A stretch of DNA of 55,193 nt from a virus. Position 1 is the first letter of the stretch; each line of letters starts with the position of its first letter. Location: positions 1-55,193 of the IMG/VR virus record IMGVR_UViG_3300031454_000005, one strand, 5' to 3'. The notes under the pieces are model-generated. The model was not told the DNA's origin, made no database searches, and was given only the letters and a program-made list of their open reading frames with translations. Both the position numbers and the translations under genes were made by a program. Below are positions 9,566 through 17,261 of this stretch, in pieces.

Positions 9566-10236
9566 TAACCACGCTGCGACACCCATTGCTCTGGATGATC
9601 GGGAGCGTCCTGCTGGCGTTCGGCGGGTTGTACATCCTGACCGACTTCCAGACCGTTCACTGGCTCGACCCAGTACTGCTGATCGTGATCGTGGTCGCCT
9701 CGGTCGCCGCCGCGCTGTCGTTGCTAATCCAGACGAAGGACTGGACGGCCCTGAGCGCGGGCCTGCTGTCGTTCTTCTCGGGAAACGCAGTCCTGTGGGT
9801 TTACGCGCTGGTGGGGCCTCGCGATGAGACGGGCAGCCTGTACCCGGATGCCGTCGAGTTCCTGCCCGTCATTGCGCTGTTGGTAGTCGGGGCGATCTTC
9901 TTCGTCTACGGGATGATCCGGGGCGGCTGGGCCTCGTTCCGATTCCGGGCCGAGTCCGATCGGCAGGGCCGCGAGGACATCGCCCGCATCGGTCAGCAAC
10001 TGACCACGATCAGCCGGGAGGCAAGGGACGCGGTGCGGGAGGCGGCGACCGAAGCCGTGGAGGCACGGAGCGCGGCGCGGGATGCGGCGACCGAAGCCGT
10101 GGAGGCATCGGACGAGCGGACGAGGATCATGCTGGAAAACGCGGCCAAGCAGGAGACGCTACTGGAAGTGAAGAACATCGTCCGCCCTAAAGAGCCCGAT
10201 GACCACGACCACGAAGACGACGGGTCGCTGACCTGA
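9562..10236 (+). CDS. Polytopic membrane protein (about 4 TM) with a repeat-containing helical tail
   Basis: ATGA overlap with the upstream gene. Four hydrophobic stretches in the first 120 aa. The C-terminus carries a repeated REAATEAVEA / RDAATEAVEA unit, from a 24-nt perfect repeat at about 10040 and 10085. Confidence 0.65.
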   Translation: MITTLRHPLLWMIGSVLLAFGGLYILTDFQTVHWLDPVLLIVIVVASVAAALSLLIQTKDWTALSAGLLSFFSGNAVLWVYALVGPRDETGSLYPDAVEFLPVIALLVVGAIFFVYGMIRGGWASFRFRAESDRQGREDIARIGQQLTTISREARDAVREAATEAVEARSAARDAATEAVEASDERTRIMLENAAKQETLLEVKNIVRPKEPDDHDHEDDGSLT

Positions 10237-10253
10237 TCAGCGATTTGACGGCT

Positions 10254-10296
10254 CCGGCGGCCTCAGCCGTTATGGCTGAACGGCTGAGGCCGCCGG
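10254..10296. terminator. Perfect 18-bp stem hairpin (factor-independent terminator candidate, no U-tract)
   Basis: CCGGCGGCCTCAGCCGTT / 7-nt loop / AACGGCTGAGGCCGCCGG, starting 18 nt after the stop at 10236. Confidence 0.6.
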
Positions 10297-10347
10297 GGCA
10301 GGCAACCGAACTCACCAACCAACCAACCATCCAGGAGGATCACCGAC

Positions 10348-10572
10348 ATGCCGAAGCCCGATCACGCCGGACACGGACGCGAGTCCGCCCCCGGCCAGAA
10401 CAAGCCCCGTACGTTCGTCAACGACGCCGGTGAGCAGACCACCGGCACCATGAACACGTTTCATGAAACGCTGAAAGATCAGGGCTACCGTCCGGTCGAG
10501 GATGCCGCCGAGACCGAGCCCACCGACGATCCGGCCGTGAGCGATCCCGGGACACCCGTCCCGGCAATCTAA
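10348..10572 (+). CDS. Hypothetical small acidic protein
   Basis: ATG is preceded by CCAGGAGGATCACCGAC (AGGAGG); 74 aa. Confidence 0.55.
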   Translation: MPKPDHAGHGRESAPGQNKPRTFVNDAGEQTTGTMNTFHETLKDQGYRPVEDAAETEPTDDPAVSDPGTPVPAI

Positions 10573-10638
10573 CCGTCGAGCCTGCCCCGGCTCGCCTGCA
10601 TCCGAGGATCGACCAATGAACATCACGGATTTCAGGCT

Positions 10639-11133
10639 CTATGCCGTCCAACATCGCCTCGCCCGGATGTTGAGAACAGTCGTCGGATGCACTCCATATC
10701 GCTTCGCCGTGACCGTATACGGGTCCAACGACGAACGAATGGCATCAACATCTACGGCCGTCAAGATCGTGTTCTTGCCACGGCGCATGTTCTCTGCTTG
10801 TGTGACCGGTTCCAAGTGTTCCGGGTTGATGCACGACGGATTGCGGCAGAGGTGGTCAAGCACGATCCCCTTTGGGATAGGTCCGTGAACAATTTCATAG
10901 GCATCGCGATGGGCGTACAGTCGACGGCCGTCTCTGGTCGTCAGCCCGTACCCAAGCTTCGTCACAGCCCCTTGCCAGACGTGGCACCCCGTATCCGGGT
11001 CAACAACCCATCGAACGCTCGATTTCCTGCGGTGATGTCCGATCTTCCACTTCGCGAACGGCTGCCCCTTACCCTTTCGCCGCCGCTCTACCCGTTCCCC
11101 GCATCCGCAGGCACAGTATCGAACCTCGTCCAT
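10639..11133 (-). CDS. HNH homing endonuclease (HNH_3-like)
   Basis: Motifs CACGCG...HHRR, then GCHVWQG, then LDHLCRNPSCINPEHLEPVTQAENMRRG. Antisense to the flanking late genes. Confidence 0.8.
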   Translation of the reverse strand: MDEVRYCACGCGERVERRRKGKGQPFAKWKIGHHRRKSSVRWVVDPDTGCHVWQGAVTKLGYGLTTRDGRRLYAHRDAYEIVHGPIPKGIVLDHLCRNPSCINPEHLEPVTQAENMRRGKNTILTAVDVDAIRSSLDPYTVTAKRYGVHPTTVLNIRARRCWTA

Positions 11134-11177
11134 CGGCCACGTTACCTCCGGTACGATTATACATTACGGGGGCGCTC

Positions 11178-11573
11178 ATGAACGTGCGGGACTTCAGACT
11201 TTTCGAGTACCACGGGATCGTCACCCGGATCAGTGACGGCGACACGTTCTGGGTCATGACCGACGAGGGAATGCGCGACTTTGCCGAAGCGCAGATCCGC
11301 ATCCTGTTCGCCGACGCGCCCGAGCTCCGGGGGCTCACCCGCGTCGCAGGAGAGGCAGCGAAGGTGTGGCTTACCGATAGGTTGCTGGGCAAGCCAGTCT
11401 GGTGGTTCAGCAAAAAGGACAGCAAGAGCTTCGACCGTTGGCTGGGCGATGTCTGGTACGCGCCGAACGAGTACGGCGAGCTTCGGCATCTCTCCGAGGA
11501 CATGGTTGCCGCCGGGATGGCCGTCCCGACCGATGACCAAGGTCGCCACATCACGACAGGAGAGACGGCATGA
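11178..11573 (+). CDS. Staphylococcal-nuclease (SNase/thermonuclease)-like protein
   Basis: SDGDTFWV ... IRILFADAPE ... FDRWLGDVW ... MVAAGMAV follows the DGDT / RL.GIDAPE / D.YGR / G.A pattern of the SNase fold. 131 aa. Confidence 0.65.
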   Translation: MNVRDFRLFEYHGIVTRISDGDTFWVMTDEGMRDFAEAQIRILFADAPELRGLTRVAGEAAKVWLTDRLLGKPVWWFSKKDSKSFDRWLGDVWYAPNEYGELRHLSEDMVAAGMAVPTDDQGRHITTGETA

Positions 11574-11812
11574 CCCCAGGACTCGGACGAGTAGCTCCAA
11601 AAACGTGGGAGCATGTCGACAAGTACCCCATGCGCCGTCTGGCCGCTGTACCGGAGGTCTGCGAGCGCACCATCGGTCTCAGCAGCGCGTGGCGTCGCAT
11701 TTACGATCAGGGGCCGACCTCCATGTGCGTCGGGTTCTCGTCGTCCATCGAGCAGTCGCTGTCCGAGCGACGGACGTTCGACCCACGCTGGCTCTACGCC
11801 CGGTGCAAGGCT
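11570..11812 (+). pseudogene. 5' fragment (81 codons) of a papain-like Cys-peptidase endolysin gene, paralogous to codons 1-82 of 12496..13227
   Basis: A by-eye alignment is about two-thirds identical (YPMRRLAA, VCERT, YDQG.TSMCVG.SSS, SLSER.TFDP.WLY..CK). Similarity ends at 11812, the nt before the 3' end of the antisense HNH ORF (11813). The rest of track ORF 11570..12499 is antisense shadow. Confidence 0.6.
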
Positions 11813-12397
11813 TTATTCGGGAGGCGTCGCCCGGGGACGACCCAACCAGTGCGCTTTCAAGTGCGCGGAACGCTCCATTGGGACAAGATGGTCAGGATTC
11901 ACGCAGCTTGGATTGCTGCATGTGTGATGGAGGTCGTACCCCTCAGGAATCGAACAAACCAGTTCGGCGTACAGAACCCGATGGGCCAACTCGCCTCCTC
12001 GCTTCCCATACCCGTACGAATTGCGGCACCTTTGCCAGACCCAACAGCCAGATTCGGAGTCAACCACATAATCCGGACCATCCGGGGCGCGATGGTGGGA
12101 GCGGATATAGCGTTGCGGCTGGCCCTTCACATGCCCAAGCTTCGTACGGGTGTAACCCGCAACTGGTGTTGGTCGCCCACAACCACATGCGCACAGAACT
12201 GTAGTGTTCTGCGGCAATGGTTGCTCACGTCGCCGTTCCTCGACCACCCGCTCTCGACAAGCTCGACAAGCTCGACAATAACTGTAACGACTTGCCCGGC
12301 CGGGCCTTTTGCCGGTGCGCTGGGTGAACGTATCAAACGCATCTGTCGGGAGATCGCGGTCACATTTGCGGCAATGACGGGTATGATTAGTCTGCAT
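11813..12397 (-). CDS. HNH homing endonuclease (HNH_3-like), paralogue of 10639..11133
   Basis: Motifs CACGCG..., then GCWVWQ, then LHHTCSNPSCVNPDHLVPMERSAHLKAH. The N-terminus has a CRKC/CRACRAC Zn-ribbon-like region that includes a 9-nt tandem repeat. Confidence 0.8.
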   Translation of the reverse strand: MQTNHTRHCRKCDRDLPTDAFDTFTQRTGKRPGRASRYSYCRACRACRERVVEERRREQPLPQNTTVLCACGCGRPTPVAGYTRTKLGHVKGQPQRYIRSHHRAPDGPDYVVDSESGCWVWQRCRNSYGYGKRGGELAHRVLYAELVCSIPEGYDLHHTCSNPSCVNPDHLVPMERSAHLKAHWLGRPRATPPE

Positions 12398-12495
12398 TTC
12401 AGTCCCTCCAGACTGATTGCCGTGCCCCGGGCTGTTAGCGCAGCGCCGGGGTTTGTTGTGCCCAAATTATACCGCGACCAGAAGGAGGTGACGGC

Positions 12496-13227
12496 ATGAC
12501 TGTTCGTCCATTAGGGAGACTAGTACCGCCAGACGATAACCACATTCGTAGTTATCCGATGCGTCGGTTAGCTGCTCCGCCAGACGTTTGTGAGCGGACG
12601 CTGTCGCTCAGCAGTCGGCACCGCAGATTCTACGATCAGGGCGCTACCTCGATGTGCGTCGGCTATTCGTCATCGCAGGAGCGATCCCTGTCCGAACGCA
12701 TCACCTTTGACCCCATCTGGTTGTACCGGCAGTGCAAGAATCGCGACAGCATTCCCAACGAGGACGGCACGTTCCTCCGGGTCGCCTACGACGTGTTGCG
12801 GGAGCAGGGCGCCCGCAAGGCCGGGGCGGCCGGACCGGACCCGCGGTACGGCGTTGAGCGCAACGAGTGGGCCACATCGGTCGACGACATCCGCCACGCC
12901 ATCGCCGAGGGCCGGGCGGTGGTGATGGGCACGAACTGGTACCGCCGGATGTTCACCCCCGAACGGCGCAACGGCCTGTACTGGCTGCCGGACGGCGGCG
13001 GCGACCTCGGGCGGCTGTCCGGTGGCCACGCCTACATCCTCAACCGGGTCAGCGACCGGTACGAGGCGTTCGCCACTCCCAACTCATGGGGGCCGAGTGA
13101 CCGCGACTGGCACCCGGACGAATCCGGCTGGCCGGTCTCAATGATTCCGTTCAGCCTCATCGAGCGGCTGCTCGCAGAAGACGGGGAATGCGTCCTCGTC
13201 GTCGACCGAAAGGAGACGCAGACATGA
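12496..13227 (+). CDS. Endolysin, papain-like cysteine peptidase domain protein
   Basis: GGAGG lies 7 nt upstream of the ATG. Candidate Cys nucleophile in QGATSMCVGYS and His in SGGHAYIL; NSWG motif present. Adjacent to the amidase and holin. Confidence 0.7.
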   Translation: MTVRPLGRLVPPDDNHIRSYPMRRLAAPPDVCERTLSLSSRHRRFYDQGATSMCVGYSSSQERSLSERITFDPIWLYRQCKNRDSIPNEDGTFLRVAYDVLREQGARKAGAAGPDPRYGVERNEWATSVDDIRHAIAEGRAVVMGTNWYRRMFTPERRNGLYWLPDGGGDLGRLSGGHAYILNRVSDRYEAFATPNSWGPSDRDWHPDESGWPVSMIPFSLIERLLAEDGECVLVVDRKETQT

Positions 13228-14168
13228 CCACGCTCACCTTCGGCAACGTTCCGGCACCGGGCATGGACATCATGGACATCCCGTCCAGCGTCAATACGGC
13301 CTGGGACGATTTGGGCCAGAGAGTCCCGAAATTCGTCGTTCTTCACCGGATGTACGGGACCCTGACCGGGACTGACGCCTATTTCCGCACCGACGCCCGG
13401 ACGAAGGCCCTCACGGACTACGGCATGGACCAGAGCACCGGCCGGATCATCCGGTGGAACGACCCGTGGGGGCGGCGGGCGGCGTGGGCCAGCGGGCCCT
13501 ACCAGTCGCCCAGCGGGGACGGCCCCGCCATCGTGGCGAAGCTCGGGATTGCGGCGATCAACCGGGATGGCGTCTCCATCGAGATCGCGGGGAGTGGCGG
13601 CGATCCCGTCAGCGCCACGGCTTACGGGGAGCTTGTCGCGCTCGTCGCTTGGCACGCCGACCGGGCGAAAGTGCCGCACACCCAGTTCCCGATCAACCCG
13701 GCGACCGGCCTGACATTCGTCATGTGGCACGGGGAGTTCAACGGCCAGAAGCGCGACACCTGCCCCGGCTCCGTCGTCGCGGCGTTCACCGACCGGCTCA
13801 TCACCGATGTCACCGCATTGCTTAAGCATCACCAGGAGGCGGTTACCGTGGCGGTCGCTGCGGCGCCGGTCCCGTCGCCCCCCGTGGCATCAGTAGAGCC
13901 GCCCACCGCACTCGCGCTCCCGGCCGGTGTCACGCTGGCGATGATGGGGGACTGGTTCGGGGCCGTCGCCCCGAGCGGAGCACAGTCCTCCACGTTCCGG
14001 TTCGATCCCGCGGGACCGCTGACCAAGCTGTGGCTGGCGCGAGGCAAGCGACTGGGCGTGTGGCCGCAACTGCGTGAAGTGACGCAGACCGGCAATGTCC
14101 GCGTCTTCAGTTTTGAGGATGGCTATCGAGTGATCGCTGGGCCGGATGGTCTGAAGGAGGCCGCCTGA
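13224..14168 (+). CDS. Endolysin, N-acetylmuramoyl-L-alanine amidase (Amidase_2/PGRP-like) with a C-terminal putative wall-binding region
   Basis: ATGA overlap with the peptidase gene. Motifs FVVLHRMYG, GVSIEIAG and HGEF...CPG. A Pro/Ala linker (AAAPVPSPPVASVEPP) is followed by a domain of about 90 aa. Confidence 0.7.
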   Translation: MTTLTFGNVPAPGMDIMDIPSSVNTAWDDLGQRVPKFVVLHRMYGTLTGTDAYFRTDARTKALTDYGMDQSTGRIIRWNDPWGRRAAWASGPYQSPSGDGPAIVAKLGIAAINRDGVSIEIAGSGGDPVSATAYGELVALVAWHADRAKVPHTQFPINPATGLTFVMWHGEFNGQKRDTCPGSVVAAFTDRLITDVTALLKHHQEAVTVAVAAAPVPSPPVASVEPPTALALPAGVTLAMMGDWFGAVAPSGAQSSTFRFDPAGPLTKLWLARGKRLGVWPQLREVTQTGNVRVFSFEDGYRVIAGPDGLKEAA

Positions 14169-14231
14169 CGAGATGAAAGGGAAACGCCGATATCTTTCAG
14201 GAACCACTATCCAGATGAAAGGGTTGTCACC

Positions 14232-14510
14232 ATGACCGACACCGTTGACGTCGCCGTACCCGTCACTGACCCCGGCAAGCAGCAGCTCACGACCGCACGC
14301 GACTTCTGGCAGCGGATCGCCAGAACCATGTTGCAATTAGTCGCCGGTGGGGCATTGGCCGCGCTGACCAATCAGCTCGCCTCGGACATCCCGCCGGCCT
14401 ATTCCGCGTACCTGGTCCTCGGCTACACCCTGCTCGTCACGGTGGCCCAAAACGCCGTGGAGAACCGATTTCCGCAGGCGACCATTCTTAAGCGGCCAGC
14501 CGTCGTCTGA
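14232..14510 (+). CDS. Holin (two-TM class)
   Basis: 92 aa with two hydrophobic helices (MLQLVAGGALAALTNQLA and YSAYLVLGYTLLVTVAQNAV). Directly downstream of the endolysin genes. Confidence 0.7.
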   Translation: MTDTVDVAVPVTDPGKQQLTTARDFWQRIARTMLQLVAGGALAALTNQLASDIPPAYSAYLVLGYTLLVTVAQNAVENRFPQATILKRPAVV

Positions 14511-14527
14511 CCGGGCAGCTTCGACGC

Positions 14528-14570
14528 AACAGCACGGCCCCGGCGATCAACTCGCCAGGGCCGTTCTGTT
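14528..14570. terminator. Bidirectional terminator hairpin between convergent genes
   Basis: AACAGCACGGCCCCGGCGA / tcaac / TCGCCAGGGCCGTTCTGTT. 19-bp stem with 2 mismatches. Lies between the holin stop (14510) and the stop of 14575..15024(-). Confidence 0.65.
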
Positions 14571-14574
14571 GTGC

Positions 14575-15024
14575 CTATCCCGCGATCGGCGCGACCTCAT
14601 CCGGGTCGAGGTCGCGTTGCCGGGCCAGTTCACGGAGGGCCAGCCAGACAGAGCCGGGAATCGGGTTCCGGCCGGCCTCCCACCGGGCGACGGCGTCACG
14701 GGTGAGGCCGAGGGCGGCGGCGAGCTCGGTCTGGGTGAGGCCGAGGAGCGCACGGGCGCGGCGGATGCGGTCGGCCGGGTCCCGCCGGTCGAGCGGAATG
14801 CCCGCGGCGAACGCGTCGACGACGGCCTGGAGGTCGGGAAACGTCGCGCTGATCGGCTCTCCATCGAACGTCGTGTGTGACCAGGCGTCGATCAGCCCGT
14901 CGTCATTCCGCTCCCAAAAGCCGAGCGTGTGCTCGTCGCCCCGGAGGATGCTGCCCTCGCGGGTGTTCAGGTTGGATTCGGTCCGGGCACGGATACGGCC
15001 GTTGCTGCCGTGGTACGGGTTCAT
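14575..15024 (-). CDS. XRE-family HTH protein with an unknown ~90-aa N-terminal domain
   Basis: The C-terminal IRRARALLGLTQTELAAALGLTRDAVARWEAGRNPIPG is a typical Cro/C1-type HTH. 149 aa. Confidence 0.7.
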   Translation of the reverse strand: MNPYHGSNGRIRARTESNLNTREGSILRGDEHTLGFWERNDDGLIDAWSHTTFDGEPISATFPDLQAVVDAFAAGIPLDRRDPADRIRRARALLGLTQTELAAALGLTRDAVARWEAGRNPIPGSVWLALRELARQRDLDPDEVAPIAG

Positions 15025-15102
15025 GGTATCGTCCTCTCGTCATTGTCCGTGACAGCCAGCGGCCCGGCGGGGAACCATCCCGCCGGGCCGCTGCGTTGCC
15101 GG

Positions 15103-15459
15103 TTACTCCTCCCAGCGCGGCTCGACGGGGATGTTGCCGACCGCATCGAAGATCGCTCGGGCGGTCAGGCCGTCCGGCTGCGCCTGGAAGCGGCGACCGA
15201 TGACCCGGTCGATCTCGGCATCGACATCGACCAGATCGAGCTGCGCGTCATCGGCGAGGCGGCGGGCGTGGGCGAGGATGCCCTGGCTGTGATCGACGGC
15301 GACGGCGACGGAGCCGGTCACCGGCTCGTTGGCGTATCGCTCGCTGCGGGCGATCTGGTTGATCGTCGCGGCGGCGTGCTGGACCATGCCGCGGAGGACT
15401 TCGCGGATGTCCTCGACCTGATCGGTGGTGAGGGTGAGGGCGGTGGTCGTGTCGGTCAT
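15103..15459 (-). CDS. Hypothetical helical protein, first gene of a two-gene cassette
   Basis: ATG at 15459 with GGGAG 10 nt upstream; 118 aa. Strong promoter upstream (see 15504..15557). Confidence 0.6.
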   Translation of the reverse strand: MTDTTTALTLTTDQVEDIREVLRGMVQHAAATINQIARSERYANEPVTGSVAVAVDHSQGILAHARRLADDAQLDLVDVDAEIDRVIGRRFQAQPDGLTARAIFDAVGNIPVEPRWEE

Positions 15460-15503
15460 TTGTCCGTGACTCCCTTTGTGTGATCCGTCACCCCGGAGCG
15501 CCT

Positions 15504-15557
15504 TTGGCTCCGTTCGGTGTGTAGATATATTCTACATGAGGGAGGGGATGGCGTCAA
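15504..15557. promoter_or_regulatory. Two overlapping divergent sigma-70-type promoters centred on a perfect palindrome
   Basis: Minus strand: TTGACG (15557-15552), 17 nt, TAGAAT (15534-15529). Plus strand: TTGGCT (15504-15509), 16 nt, TATATT (15526-15531). The palindrome TGTAGA-tatat-TCTACA (15520-15536) covers both -10 boxes. Confidence 0.6.
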
Positions 15558-15762
15558 CAGGTTCTAGGCCGATTCCGGCACCACTATCCGGGCAATCGTT
15601 GTCCGAGGGTGTCGGTCCGTGCGGTGGAACCCGACGGTGATACTGATGGTGAGCCTTCGCCAATTCGTGTGGTATTATTCGCCCCGCACTGCCCCGGACC
15701 ACCCGGAAGAATCGGCATTTCGGCCTATCCCACGCAATCCCCCCATCTCCACCATGTCGAGC

Positions 15763-15797
15763 ACAGGTCCCGGTTCGCCGGGGCCTGTCGCTGTTTT
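15763..15797 (+). terminator. Intrinsic terminator (11-bp stem, UUCG loop, U-tract on the + strand)
   Basis: ACAGGTCCCGG ttcg CCGGGGCCTGT followed by cgcTGTTTTc. Lies 59 nt beyond the int stop, so it could also act as a U-less hairpin terminator for int on the - strand. Confidence 0.6.
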
Positions 15798-15855
15798 CGG
15801 GCGGGCGATGGTGAAATCGATGGTGAGGAAGGACCGATTTTCGGCATGACAAGAC

Positions 15856-17043
15856 TCATGTTGTCGTACTTCCCGCCGCCCCGAACAGCCGATCACCGAG
15901 GTCGTCGGCGGCGCGGCGGTGGTCGTCCCGCGAGGTGTGGCTGTAGAGATCGAGGGTGATCTGGACGGAGCGGTGGCCCAGCCGCTCGGAGACCAGCTTG
16001 ACGTTCGTCCCGGCCCGAACTTCCAGGGTGGCATTCGTGTGCCTGAGCTGGTGTAACGTGATCGGGGTGACGCCGGTGGTCTCGATCAGACCGGCGTGAA
16101 CGCGCTGCCAGGTCGTGCGGGCGAGGAAGCGCCCGTCGCCGCGGTCGAAGACCATGCCGTCGTCGTGCCAGACGGCCGAGGCCAGGCGGCGGCGCTTCTG
16201 CTCGGTCGACCAGGCACGCAGGGCCGCGACGGCGGACGCGGGGATGGCGTTCTCCCGTTCCCGGCCGGTCTTGGTGGACTCGCCCATCACGACATGGCCG
16301 GCCAGGTCCTTCGTGAGAGAGCGCTGGACCGTGATGATGCCGGCATCGAGATCGACGTCGGCCCACTGGATGGCGCAGAGCTCACCCGGCCGCATCCCGG
16401 TCGAGAGCGCGACCCGGTAGAAGGCGTCCCACATGGGCTCGCCGGCCAGCGTCACGATGACCCGCTGGACCTCGGCGACGGACCAGGTCGGGATCTTCTT
16501 CTTCCGGGCGATGGGGTAGCGCAGCCCGACGGCCGGGTTGACCGGGATGATGCCGAGCCGGGCGGCCTCGGCCAGCGCGGCGGTCAGGACGCGGCCGCTG
16601 TTCTCGATCGTGTTGGGGCCGTACTTGCGCCGCCGGGCGTCGTCGATCCAGTGCTGGATCCGCCCCGTCGTCAGACCCTCGATCCGGAGCGTGCCGAGGT
16701 CGGGGTAGATCAGGCGCTCGGCCCGTTGGCGGTAGGCGGCGTGGGTGGCCGGCTTCCAGCGGCCCTCGCCGCGGTCGAGGTAGTCGCCGACGGCGTCCTT
16801 CACCGTCATGTTGGAGGGCGGGACGTAGCGGCCGTGGCGCTTCTTACGAGCGACGTCGCGCAAATGGTCCTCGGCGGCGTCCTGGTCGGGAAAGGACTTC
16901 GAGCGCCAGATCGTATGCCCGGTGTCCTGCGGCTCCGGCCAGCGGGCCCGGACCCGTTCGGTCCCATCGGTCAGCTGGTAGCTGAGCACGTAGCCGTCCC
17001 CGTAGCGGACGCCCTCGCGCCGGCGTGGTTCTCGACGTGCCAT
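15856..17043 (-). CDS. int: Tyrosine integrase (site-specific recombinase, phage integrase family)
   Basis: 395 aa. C-terminal HQLRHTNATL ... LGHRSVQITLDLYSH matches the R-H-R-Y catalytic region. The N-terminus has a SAM-like/arm-binding style region. Confidence 0.9.
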   Translation of the reverse strand: MARREPRRREGVRYGDGYVLSYQLTDGTERVRARWPEPQDTGHTIWRSKSFPDQDAAEDHLRDVARKKRHGRYVPPSNMTVKDAVGDYLDRGEGRWKPATHAAYRQRAERLIYPDLGTLRIEGLTTGRIQHWIDDARRRKYGPNTIENSGRVLTAALAEAARLGIIPVNPAVGLRYPIARKKKIPTWSVAEVQRVIVTLAGEPMWDAFYRVALSTGMRPGELCAIQWADVDLDAGIITVQRSLTKDLAGHVVMGESTKTGRERENAIPASAVAALRAWSTEQKRRRLASAVWHDDGMVFDRGDGRFLARTTWQRVHAGLIETTGVTPITLHQLRHTNATLEVRAGTNVKLVSERLGHRSVQITLDLYSHTSRDDHRRAADDLGDRLFGAAGSTTT

Positions 17044-17261
17044 CAGTCGTCCCGCTCCCGGGATGGCCGCACGGGCCGCGGCGAGACCGGGACCACCAGC
17101 CCGACCGAACCGTCGCCACTGGCCGGGGAACGACGGTCGAGCAGCGCCCCGATCAGCGTGATCGCCACGTCGAGGTCGCCGTCGTCGAGCTGCTGAATCA
17201 GGTTCTCGAGGTGGGTGAACTTGTCGCGGGCGTGGTTGAACGTCAGGACGGTGTCGGTCAT
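17043..17261 (-). CDS. Hypothetical protein translationally coupled to int
   Basis: Its stop overlaps the int ATG by 1 nt (TGATG); 72 aa. No recognised Xis-type HTH. Confidence 0.5.
   Translation of the reverse strand: MTDTVLTFNHARDKFTHLENLIQQLDDGDLDVAITLIGALLDRRSPASGDGSVGLVVPVSPRPVRPSRERDD

Noticed and set aside
11570-12499. Single 309-aa protein as given by the ORF track
   Set aside because: Only the first 81 codons resemble a real protein (the peptidase N-terminus). The remainder is exactly antisense to the HNH gene 11813..12397 and looks like shadow sequence.
15460-15855. tRNA 3'-end-like attP core next to int, and ORFs 15532..15852(-), 15609..15959(+) and 15619..15849(+)
   Set aside because: I found no T-arm/acceptor-like segment on either strand. 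The ORFs lack RBSs, run through the terminator hairpin, and have Pro/Arg/Gly shadow composition.
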